Assembly: GCA_963665665.1 (NCBI GenBank)
Contig: OY762428.1
Span: forward strand, 704,001-768,000
DNA from: Candidatus Kapaibacterium sp.
Lineage (GTDB): Bacteria > Bacteroidota > Ignavibacteria > Kapaibacteriales > UBA2268
Length of the DNA: 64,000 bases
Direction: 5' to 3'
In this document: in pieces, positions 10,693 through 18,937 of the stretch
Layout: each line of letters begins with the position of its first letter
Position numbering within the stretch: the stretch's first letter is position 1
Notes under the pieces: generated by a model
What the model was told of the DNA's origin: nothing
The model's input: only the letters and a program-made list of their open reading frames with translations
Databases searched by the model: none
Translations under genes and position numbers: made by a program

Positions 10693-11319
10693 GCCATCCT
10701 GAGCGAAGCGAAGGATGCATTCTTAATACATTATCTGCGAACAAAGATGGATTCTTCCGTCGCAAGCACCGGATAATTCCCCTCCCTTGGAGGGGACTAA
10801 AGGGGTGGTTTTATTTCTTTCTGATGCTAAATCTCTATCCATGAGCTAAAGCACGTGGCTATTGAATTTGACGATTATAAGGCTGGAAGGTCATTCTGAG
10901 CGCCAGCGAAGAATCCATTCTTATTACACTATCTGCGAACAAAGATAGATTCTTCGGTCGCTTCGCTCCGTCAGAATGACGGATGGGAATGTCCCCCGCT
11001 GGCGGGGGTGTCCGAAGGACGGGGGTGGACTTCCGGAAAATTCCCCTCGTTGAGGGGTGGCGAGCGCAGCGAGTTCCCGACACGTCGGGACAGGCTGGGG
11101 TGGATTCTTTTTCTTTGCCTCCGCACCTTGCACATTTATCCACGAGCTAAAGCACGTGGCTATTGAACTTGACGATGGTAAAACTGCATGTCATCCTGAG
11201 CGAAGCGAAAGATCCATTCTTCATACATCATCTGCGAAGGAAGATGGATTCTTCGGTCGCAAGCTCCGGAAGCCTGCCCCTGCCTGCACCGATTTATCGG
11301 TGACGTGTCGGGGAATGAC
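10693..11319. repeat. BIME-like mosaic of REP-like palindromes, about 300-bp period
   Basis: Unit A, GTCAT(C/T)CTGAGCG..GCGAA.GA.CC..., at 10693, 10890 and 11190. Unit B, CCCCTC..GAGGGG..GGGGTGG, at about 10776, 10991 and 11040. Unit C, TATCCAYGAGCTAAAGCACGTGGCTATTGAA, at 10836 and 11137. Confidence 0.85.
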
Positions 11320-11459
11320 AACATAATACCTCCTTCTCCGGCCCTATCCCCCAGTTCTTCCACCCAAATGAACAGGCCGCCGGCCTTAATTCCCCAACCT
11401 GTGGTTTCAATGAATCGAATAATTTCCTTAATTCAAGGCTGTTTCGAACCAGAATCCTG

Positions 11460-12222
11460 ATGTTTGGGCTAATTGCTTTGTTAGCAGGGCTTTATACTGC
11501 CTTGGCTGGAGTTATTGAACTACTGTTTGGCCTTAATGTAGTGAAATTTGGCCTCATTGAGGACTTGTTTAGCCTTATTGAGGACTTGGTTGACTTTACT
11601 GAGGACTTGGTTGACCTTACTGAGGACTTGGTTGGCTTTACTGAACACTTGGTTGGCTTTACTGAACACTTGGTTGGCTTTACTGAACGCTTGGTTGATC
11701 TTACTGAACACTTGTTTGACCTTACTGAACGCTTGGTTGATCTTACTGAACGCTTGGTTGATCTTACTGAACATGTTCTTTGCCTCCGACCAAGAGTTCA
11801 ATGCCTTCAACCAAGGCATCAATGACTCCGACCAAGGCAGCAATAACTCCGAACAAGGCAGCAATAACTTCGAACAAGGCATCAATAACTTCGAACAAGG
11901 CAGCAATGACTCCGAACAAGGCAGCAATATCTTCAACCAAGGCAGCAATAACTCCAACCAAGGCAGCAATAACTCCGACCAAGGCATCAATGACTCCGAC
12001 CAAGGCAGCAATAACTCCGACCAAGGCAGCAATAAAGCAAAACATTGCTGCAATAGTGTCGACCAAGAGTTCATTATCTTCAAACAAGGCGGCAATAGCT
12101 TCAAACAAGAGTTCATTATTATCAAACATCGGTGCATTGCTTCTGACCCCTCCCAAACCCTCCCCGAAGGGGAGGGCTTTGAAGTAAAACAAGGCAGAAA
12201 TGGATTCAAACATTGGTGCAAT
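11460..12222. repeat. Two head-to-head tandem arrays of a degenerate 21-bp unit
   Basis: Left arm about 15 units (e.g. TTGGTTGACCTTACTGAGGAC). Right arm about 17 or more units of the related reverse complement (e.g. CCAAGGCAGCAATAACTCCGA). Centre GAACATGTTC at 11769-11778. Confidence 0.9.
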
Positions 12223-12500
12223 GCCGCTGCACCTGCCTACCTCCCCCCGGCCCCCTCCTTCGAAAGGAGGGGGAGTTAATTCTATGATATTTAACTTCTT
12301 ATCCCCTCCTAAAGTAGGAGGGGAATACAGGGGTGGTTTTCTTGCTTTGCTTACGAACAGGGCATTATTATCCACGAGCTAAAGCACGTGGCTATTGAAT
12401 TTTGATGATGGACGGGGGTGGAGTTCCGGAAAATTCCCCTCCAGTGGAGGGGTGGCGAGCGAAGCGAGACGTGGTGGATTCTTCATGCATTATCTGCGAG
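12146..12500. repeat. Second cluster of REP-like palindromes
   Basis: CCCTCCCCGAAGGGGAGGG, CCCCCTCCTTCGAAAGGAGGGGGAG and CCCCTCCTAAAGTAGGAGGGG hairpins; third copy of unit C at 12369-12399; unit B variant at about 12410-12480 matching 11018-11105. Confidence 0.85.
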
Positions 12501-12514
12501 AGAGGCTGGAATTT

Positions 12515-13096
12515 TTACATTTCATCATCTTTCAGGCTTTCATAAAGGAGGTCTATATGATATGAAAATCCGGGAATAAGTTTGAATCGCCAGGCATCGT
12601 CCATGTATATAATACCATTGCAGAGTTCCGCCACTGCCGAAGCTATAAGCCCGTAGCTGATTCCCCAGAGATTGACACTGCCTTCGTACCTGGAAAAACG
12701 CCATAGTTTATTTACTTCTCTGGCTTTTTCCAGATGCATATCAATATCTTTTATTACCTGGTTATTTAGCTTTATTTCATCAATGAACCACCATGGGTCG
12801 CTGTCCTCCCAGCTTTTATCATAAAGCGTTTCGTTCTCGATTTTTATCTTTATTCCATTATTAATATAATTTACTTTGCAGTATTCATTTGCTTCCCAAC
12901 AGAAAGGCTGCCCTGTTTCAGGAACGATAATGCCTTTATTTTTGTCAGGGGAATGAATTTCAACGGAAAGCTCCACAGGCTGGTTAAAACTGAAAAGATG
13001 AAGCAGGCTGTTAATTTTCTTTTGGCTCAATTCCAGAACATCGCCAAATGTGAGAATATTGTTTTCTGTAGCGACAACTTCAAATATTTTACTCAT
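12515..13096 (-). CDS. Hypothetical protein
   Basis: 193-aa ORF with ordinary composition downstream of the vor terminator; no family recognised. Confidence 0.7.
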   Translation of the reverse strand: MSKIFEVVATENNILTFGDVLELSQKKINSLLHLFSFNQPVELSVEIHSPDKNKGIIVPETGQPFCWEANEYCKVNYINNGIKIKIENETLYDKSWEDSDPWWFIDEIKLNNQVIKDIDMHLEKAREVNKLWRFSRYEGSVNLWGISYGLIASAVAELCNGIIYMDDAWRFKLIPGFSYHIDLLYESLKDDEM

Positions 13097-13117
13097 AAAA
13101 TCTTATATAATTTTTAG

Positions 13118-13149
13118 AAAAAAAGCCGCCCGAAAAAGGAGCGGCTTTT
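13118..13149 (-). terminator. Intrinsic terminator of the vor operon
   Basis: AAAAGCCGC...GCGGCTTTT stem with A/T tracts, just past the gamma subunit stop. Confidence 0.75.
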
Positions 13150-13170
13150 AAAAATATTATTTATCCCTGC

Positions 13171-13707
13171 TTATTTGATAAGGCTCTGGCCAACGGCAAA
13201 AGCTTCAAGGTTCAGCGGGATAAGTTTGTGGTGGCGTTCCGGAAGCACTTTGTACAGAGCTTCTTCAACTGTTTTAGGAGAAACTGTTCCCCTTGCTTTG
13301 ATGAAAGCGCCCAGGATAATCATATTGAGAACTTTCATGTTTTTCAGCTTAAGAGCTTCTTCACTACCTGGAATGGCATATATATTAATATCTTCCCTTG
13401 TGGGGGGATTAATAATATTCGTGCTGTCGAAAATAATGTTGCCGCCGGGTTTAACTTTTTCTTCGAATTTATCAACCGAAGGCTGGTTAAGCGCAACAAC
13501 TGTATCGAAAGTAGTAATAACCGGTGAACTAACCATTGTATCGGAAATAATCGTGATACAGTTGGCAGTACCGCCCCTCATTTCCGGCCCGTATGACGGG
13601 AACCAGCAAACTTCCTTATTTTCCATCATTCCGGAATAAGCAAGCATCATACCCATTGAAAGGACACCCTGTCCTCCGAATCCTGCGAAAATTGCTTCTT
13701 CTGTCAT
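13171..13707 (-). CDS. 2-oxoacid:ferredoxin oxidoreductase gamma subunit
   Basis: AGFGGQGV and SYGPEMRGGTAN motifs. Confidence 0.92.
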   Translation of the reverse strand: MTEEAIFAGFGGQGVLSMGMMLAYSGMMENKEVCWFPSYGPEMRGGTANCITIISDTMVSSPVITTFDTVVALNQPSVDKFEEKVKPGGNIIFDSTNIINPPTREDINIYAIPGSEEALKLKNMKVLNMIILGAFIKARGTVSPKTVEEALYKVLPERHHKLIPLNLEAFAVGQSLIK

Positions 13708-13709
13708 AA

Positions 13710-14513
13710 TTATTTGCCCTCCGGAACTTTTAAATCACCAAGCGGATAGAAAGGAATCATTTTTTCTTCAATGAATTTCATTGTCTGAAGCGGAGTCATT
13801 TTCCATGCCGACGGGCAATTGGAAACAACTTCTACAAGACAAAAGCCAAGTTCTTTTTGCTGATACTGGATAGCTTTTTTCAAAGCTTTCTTTGTCAGCC
13901 TTGCGTTCTTTGTTGTATGAACGGACTGGCGTGTAACATAAGCAGCACCCGGGAGCTGAGCAAGCAGTTCAGTAATTTTCAGCGGGTGGCCCTGGTCTGC
14001 AACGTCGCGTCCGAAAGGTGAAGTTGTAGAAACCATACCCGGCAGAGTTGTAGGAGCCATCTGGCCGCCTGTCATACCGTAAATACCGTTGTTTATAAAT
14101 ATTGCAAGGAAATTTTCACCCCTGTTAGCAGCATGAATAGTTTCATTACCACCAATAGCAGCAAGGTCACCGTCACCCTGGTATGTATAAACGATTTTTT
14201 CCGGCATTACCCTTTTAATGCCTGTTGCCACTGCGCAGGCACGGCCGTGAGCTGCCTGCTGCATATCAACATTCATGTAGTGGTATGCAAAAACGGAACA
14301 TCCAACCGGAGCAACACCAATTGTGTCGTTCTGAAGCCCCATTTCGTCAAGAACTTCCATGAAAAGCTTGTGTACTACTCCATGGCCGCAACCCGGGCAG
14401 TAGTGCAAAGGAGTATCAGTAAGAGTTTCCGGCCTTCTGTAAACCAGGTTTTCTTCCTGAATAATATCTTCCTTTGTAAGTTTCTCAGCATTTATATTAG
14501 CATTGTCGCTCAT
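13710..14513 (-). CDS. 2-oxoacid:ferredoxin oxidoreductase beta (TPP-binding) subunit
   Basis: YCPGCGHG, GDGD...NNGIYGMTGGQ TPP motif, CP. Confidence 0.92.
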   Translation of the reverse strand: MSDNANINAEKLTKEDIIQEENLVYRRPETLTDTPLHYCPGCGHGVVHKLFMEVLDEMGLQNDTIGVAPVGCSVFAYHYMNVDMQQAAHGRACAVATGIKRVMPEKIVYTYQGDGDLAAIGGNETIHAANRGENFLAIFINNGIYGMTGGQMAPTTLPGMVSTTSPFGRDVADQGHPLKITELLAQLPGAAYVTRQSVHTTKNARLTKKALKKAIQYQQKELGFCLVEVVSNCPSAWKMTPLQTMKFIEEKMIPFYPLGDLKVPEGK

Positions 14514-15583
14514 TACTCGCCTCCGTTGATAAATGTTTTTTCAAAATAATCAAGGATTTCGTCCGGTGTCGGGATCATTCCGCCAGTTCTGCCATAATGT
14601 TCAATCCTGGTTTTACCCTCAACGGCGAGCCTGACATCTTCGATCATCTGACCGAAGTTCATTTCCATATCAAGAATACCTTTTACTTTCGGAGCCAGGT
14701 CTGCATATATCTGGTAAGGGAAGGGATAAACAGTGATTGGCCTTACAAGGCCGATTTTGTAGCCTTTTTCCCTGCCAAGTTCCATAGCTTTCGAGCAAAT
14801 TCTTGCTCCAAGGCCATAACCTGTGAATATATAGTCGGCATCATCGGTGTTAAATGTTTCATAACGTACTTCGTTAGCTTCAATTTCCCTGTACTTTTTC
14901 TGGAGCCTGAGGTTTACCTGTTCCATTACTTCCGGTTCGATGAACAGAGATGTAATATAAACTCTGTCTTTATCTTCTACTTTACCGGTTGTTGCCCAAT
15001 CAAGAGGTTCGGTAACTCTTTCCATCTGATCGAAAAGTTCAACTTTTTCCATCATCTGGCCGATAGCACCGTCTGCTAATATCATAACAGGGTTTCTGTA
15101 TTTCATGCTGATTTCAAAACCAAGCTTAACGTGGTCAACCATTTCCTGTACACTTGACGGAGCAAAGGAAATAAGTTTATAATCGCCGTGGCCGCCGCCT
15201 TTTGTAGTCTGGAAATAATCACCCTGTGAAGGCTGAATAGTACCAAGACCGGGGCCGCCCCTGTTAACGTTTGCCAATACGCAGGGCAACTCGGCGCCTG
15301 CTATGTATGACAGCCCTTCCTGCATAAGGCTTATGCCGGGGCTTGAGGATGTTGTCATTACACGTTTACCACAGCCTGCAGCACCATAGATCATATTAAT
15401 AGCCGCAACTTCTGATTCAGCCTGGAGTACAACCATGCCGGTTCTGGCTTTTGCTTCCCTGGCAAGATATTCCAAAACTTCTGACTGCGGAGTGATAGGG
15501 TATCCGAAGTAAGCGTCACAACCCGCGCGAATCATCGCTTCGGCCAGCGCTTCATTGCCTTTCATCAACCTAATTTCGCCCAT
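14513..15583 (-). CDS. vorB: 3-methyl-2-oxobutanoate / 2-oxoacid:ferredoxin oxidoreductase alpha subunit
   Basis: GNEALAE, YFGYPITPQSE, QAESEVAA, TSSSPG, RGGPGLG. Confidence 0.88.
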   Translation of the reverse strand: MGEIRLMKGNEALAEAMIRAGCDAYFGYPITPQSEVLEYLAREAKARTGMVVLQAESEVAAINMIYGAAGCGKRVMTTSSSPGISLMQEGLSYIAGAELPCVLANVNRGGPGLGTIQPSQGDYFQTTKGGGHGDYKLISFAPSSVQEMVDHVKLGFEISMKYRNPVMILADGAIGQMMEKVELFDQMERVTEPLDWATTGKVEDKDRVYITSLFIEPEVMEQVNLRLQKKYREIEANEVRYETFNTDDADYIFTGYGLGARICSKAMELGREKGYKIGLVRPITVYPFPYQIYADLAPKVKGILDMEMNFGQMIEDVRLAVEGKTRIEHYGRTGGMIPTPDEILDYFEKTFINGGE

Positions 15584-15627
15584 TTCTTCTCCTATTGTAT
15601 TATTTCGTTTTTAACTTTTGCTTAAAA

Positions 15628-15864
15628 TTACTGTTTCGGTGTTTTAATTATTTTTCTGTAAACAGTAATGATCGCTTCCGGACATACTATCGCGCAGTTT
15701 GCGCACCCGGTGCATGAATCGTTAACGTTAACGGCGTAGTGATAGCCCTTTTGGTTTATCTTGGTTGCAAGGTCCAGAGTTTCCTCGGGGCATGCAGCAA
15801 TACAAAGCTCACAGCCTTTGCACTTTTCGATATCAATGACTATCTCGCCCAATACCTTAGCCAT
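15628..15864 (-). CDS. 2x[4Fe-4S] ferredoxin (delta subunit)
   Basis: CKGCELCIAACP and CTGCANCAIVCP. Confidence 0.92.
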   Translation of the reverse strand: MAKVLGEIVIDIEKCKGCELCIAACPEETLDLATKINQKGYHYAVNVNDSCTGCANCAIVCPEAIITVYRKIIKTPKQ

Positions 15865-16130
15865 GTCCGTTACCTCTTATTATCTTAAAAAATTCTTAAT
15901 TAATCACTTAAAGTACAAAGCTTCGCGAATATTTTACTATTCAAACAGCTATAAAAAACAAAATTACAATATTTGAGTATATTTTCAAAAAAAATCCAAA
16001 CGAAAATCTTTGAATCTTCGACAATTAGAAAAAAATATATTAGCCTTAGCAATACTTGTTTTTAGTATATACTATTTTATTAACAGTGATGCATTCGTTG
16101 TTAATCAAAATGTTGGGAACAAAAAAAAAT

Positions 16131-16173
16131 AAAAAAACCTTCCTCAGAAATTTTATTCCGGGGAAGGTTTTTT
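16131..16173 (-). terminator. Intrinsic terminator
   Basis: AAAAAAACCTTCC...GGAAGGTTTTTT downstream of 16207..17436. Confidence 0.7.
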
Positions 16174-16206
16174 ACATTTCAATATTATTGTGCTAAATCA
16201 GCATTA

Positions 16207-17436
16207 TTATTTCATTTGTAAAGAACCATCAGAAGTTTTGTAGGTGGCATATTCTTTCCAGAAATACGAGCCTTCTTCTCTGGCAGGTGCCCAGAATATA
16301 TAATCGGCATATTTTCTGTCACCGGCAGCGTTGAATGTAGTTTCGCCGGTTGCGCCTCCATAGTGGTCTGCCTGGTAGATAAGGCTTTCCCTGGCAGTTT
16401 CAATATCAGCATTATAGCCGGCACGTTCATAAGTTAATGCCAGCAGTCGTACTGCATCGTAGGCAGCATAAGCATATACATCAGCTTCATGCCCCAGCTT
16501 TGCAGTCAGTTTTTCTTTTACCGGGCCGTAAGCATACTCAAATTCTTCATCCAGGCCGAAAACGGGACATGGCAGGCCGGCCAGGATAGCAAGATCAACC
16601 GCATTCTGGTTTGATAATAGATTACCGTCCTGCGCAAAGGCAGAACTTCCGTACCATTTTACTTCGGACATATAATCATAAATTTTGTCATCGTCATCGG
16701 TTACATCTTCAAGTATATCCATACCCTCGTCAAAGCAAATCATGTATATTGCAATATCATCTGCAGGTATACCATACTGATTTTCCGTATGCGACTGAAG
16801 TGATGTCAGGGTTCCGTTGAAATTATCTACGTTAGCATTATATGTTTCCTCAACATCAACCTGTATCCCAAGTGCTTCCATTTCATTCTTTGCCTGGGCA
16901 TAGAGGTCATCAGACCAAACATCTTCAATTCTGATGGCTGCTACTTTTTTGATTCCGTCATGCTCCAGCATTTTGGCAATTGCTTTAGCCTGGTGTATGT
17001 CGCTTGGTGTAAGACGGTAAAGATTGTCATCTTCAATGGCCAGCGAAATTGCAACACTTGTCGGGCTAAGCAAAATGATACCGTTTTCATTGGCATATTC
17101 CAGTACTGCCGCGCAATTATTGCTAAGCTGCGGCCCGATAACAATATCTATACCCATTGAATGCAGGGCTTTCAACTGCTTCAGAGCTTCGTTCGCATCT
17201 GACTGTGAATCAAACACTGTAAGTTCCAGCTCGAAACCGGCAGAATTGTCTTTCAGGTAATCATTTGCATCGCTAAGGCCAATCTTTAAAGCTTCGTTTG
17301 CGCTTTCGCCGAGTGATGCACCATGGCCTGTAAGGCTAAGAATAGCGCCGATTTTTTTCACACGTGTTACCTCGTCATCCGAACAGGAATAAATTCCCAA
17401 CGCAAACAGTAATAAAAATATTGATAATTTTTTCAT
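16207..17436 (-). CDS. Type 1 periplasmic-binding-fold lipoprotein (branched-chain amino-acid binding / LivK-like)
   Basis: Lipobox-like IYSC, KIGAILSLTG, VIGP, YRLTPSD..QA, AYDAV, GATG...FNAAGDR. Confidence 0.8.
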   Translation of the reverse strand: MKKLSIFLLLFALGIYSCSDDEVTRVKKIGAILSLTGHGASLGESANEALKIGLSDANDYLKDNSAGFELELTVFDSQSDANEALKQLKALHSMGIDIVIGPQLSNNCAAVLEYANENGIILLSPTSVAISLAIEDDNLYRLTPSDIHQAKAIAKMLEHDGIKKVAAIRIEDVWSDDLYAQAKNEMEALGIQVDVEETYNANVDNFNGTLTSLQSHTENQYGIPADDIAIYMICFDEGMDILEDVTDDDDKIYDYMSEVKWYGSSAFAQDGNLLSNQNAVDLAILAGLPCPVFGLDEEFEYAYGPVKEKLTAKLGHEADVYAYAAYDAVRLLALTYERAGYNADIETARESLIYQADHYGGATGETTFNAAGDRKYADYIFWAPAREEGSYFWKEYATYKTSDGSLQMK

Positions 17437-17445
17437 AGTACTCTC

Positions 17446-18441
17446 TTATGATTTTAAAATTTTACCGATAACTACCGGTTTTTCGGATTTTAATATTTCA
17501 AGCACATTGTTTGCTTCTGATTCTCGAACAATTAAAATCATACCAATACCAAGATTGAAAGCATGACGCATTTCTTCAATATCCACATCGCCTTCTTTCT
17601 GTATCAGTTTAAAAATTGGCAGCCATTCCCATGAATTCCAGTCAATATCCATTGCTGTTCCTTCAGGCAAAACTCTTGATGTATTGCCGATAATACCACC
17701 GCCTGTAACGTGAGAAATTCCCTGAATAAAACCTTTGTCAATCAGTGGAAGCACAATGTGCTGGTATGAGCGGTGAATTTCAAGCAGTGATTCACCCACT
17801 GTTTTACCAAGCTCATTAATATATGTATCAGCTTTGAATTTCGTTAGCAAAACTGCCCTTGCAAGTGAATAGCCGTTTGTGTGGAGTCCGGTGGAAGGCA
17901 GGCCTATCATCACATCTCCGGGTTGAATTGTTTTGCCGTTTACTATCTTATTTTTATCTACTACTCCGACAATAGTACCGGACATATCGTATTCGCCTTC
18001 CTGATACATTGACGGCATTTCGGCTGTTTCACCGCCGATAAGGGCGCAACCGTTTTGCTTGCAGGCAATTGTAAATCCACGGACAACTTCTTCTGCTACT
18101 CCCGGATCAAGTTTACCTGTTGCAAAATAATCCATGAAATACAGAGGCTTTGCGCCGCAGGCCAATATATCATCCACACAGTGGTTTACAAGGCACTGCC
18201 CCACCGTATGATGAGTATTTGTTGCAAAGGCAAGTTTAAGCTTTGTACCCACTCCGTCCACACTTGAAACAAGTATCGGGTGCTCATATTCTTCGAATTT
18301 TGCATCGAAAAAACCGCCAAAAAGGCCAATATCTGTTAGAACTTTATCGTTAAATGTTGACCTGACAAGAGGTTTGATTCTGTCAACAGTTTCATCGCCG
18401 GCTGCTATATCCACACCAGAAGATTTATAAGTTACTGCCAT
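17446..18441 (-). CDS. purM: Phosphoribosylformylglycinamidine cyclo-ligase
   Basis: YKSSGVDI, DGVGTK, GGETAEMP, GLHTNGYSL, HVTGGG, FNLGIG. Confidence 0.96.
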   Translation of the reverse strand: MAVTYKSSGVDIAAGDETVDRIKPLVRSTFNDKVLTDIGLFGGFFDAKFEEYEHPILVSSVDGVGTKLKLAFATNTHHTVGQCLVNHCVDDILACGAKPLYFMDYFATGKLDPGVAEEVVRGFTIACKQNGCALIGGETAEMPSMYQEGEYDMSGTIVGVVDKNKIVNGKTIQPGDVMIGLPSTGLHTNGYSLARAVLLTKFKADTYINELGKTVGESLLEIHRSYQHIVLPLIDKGFIQGISHVTGGGIIGNTSRVLPEGTAMDIDWNSWEWLPIFKLIQKEGDVDIEEMRHAFNLGIGMILIVRESEANNVLEILKSEKPVVIGKILKS

Positions 18442-18674
18442 TATTCCACTCTTAAATTATCTAAAACAATAAATATAATAATTATTGCAAAATTAATAAA
18501 TAAATAGCTTAAAGCAGAATAAATAAGAATAAAATCAGTCGCCCATATTAAATATTACTTCAATTTTTTTTAAAATCCTTCTATCAATATTCTAAGAAAA
18601 GTGACAAAAAATGCTTAGAACTGGCAAAAGAATGAGATAAAAAAAGCGTTTACGAAGCATAAGCCGAAAAAGTG

Positions 18675-18709
18675 AAAAGCCGCTACAGTTCTTACTGTAA
18701 CGGCTTTTT
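18675..18709 (-). terminator. Hairpin just outside the distal att copy (probable original tRNA terminator)
   Basis: AAAAGCCGCTACAGT-TCTT-ACTGTAACGGCTTTT. Confidence 0.6.
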
Positions 18710-18712
18710 ATT

Positions 18713-18739
18713 TTTTGTGATCCCGGCAGGACATGAACC
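18713..18739 (-). repeat. att site: duplicated 3' end of tRNA-Lys
   Basis: TTTTGTGATCCCGGCAGGAC (18713-18732) is identical to 42652-42671, followed by 2 mismatches and GAACC. Confidence 0.92.
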
Positions 18740-18937
18740 CAACTAATATTATTAAACATTATTTTACTTAACCATATTATTATTTTGTTATTTAACAAGT
18801 ATTTAGTAAATTACTTCTGTAAAATAATATTTATAATTATTGCTTATTATTAAGCAATTCTTTATGGAATATCTATAGATACTGAACAATAACTTCTGTG
18901 GACAGTAATATCCTTCAACTAAAAAAGAGCAGATATT

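Noticed and set aside
10859-11363. Short ORFs of 67-94 aa
   Set aside because: They are translations of REP-like palindromes (RHSDGAKRPKNL, HPERSERS).
11460-12222. CRISPR array or TIGR-like array
   Set aside because: Units are contiguous degenerate 21-mers with no unique spacers, and no cas or tas-like gene is nearby.
11460-12382. Annotating the overlapping heptad ORFs as genes
   Set aside because: Several frames on both strands are open because the unit is stop-poor, and variation between units is not clearly third-position biased in any frame. Kept only as a hypothesis.
18713-18739. Second tRNA-Lys gene
   Set aside because: Only the acceptor and part of the T arm are present; this is the att duplicate.
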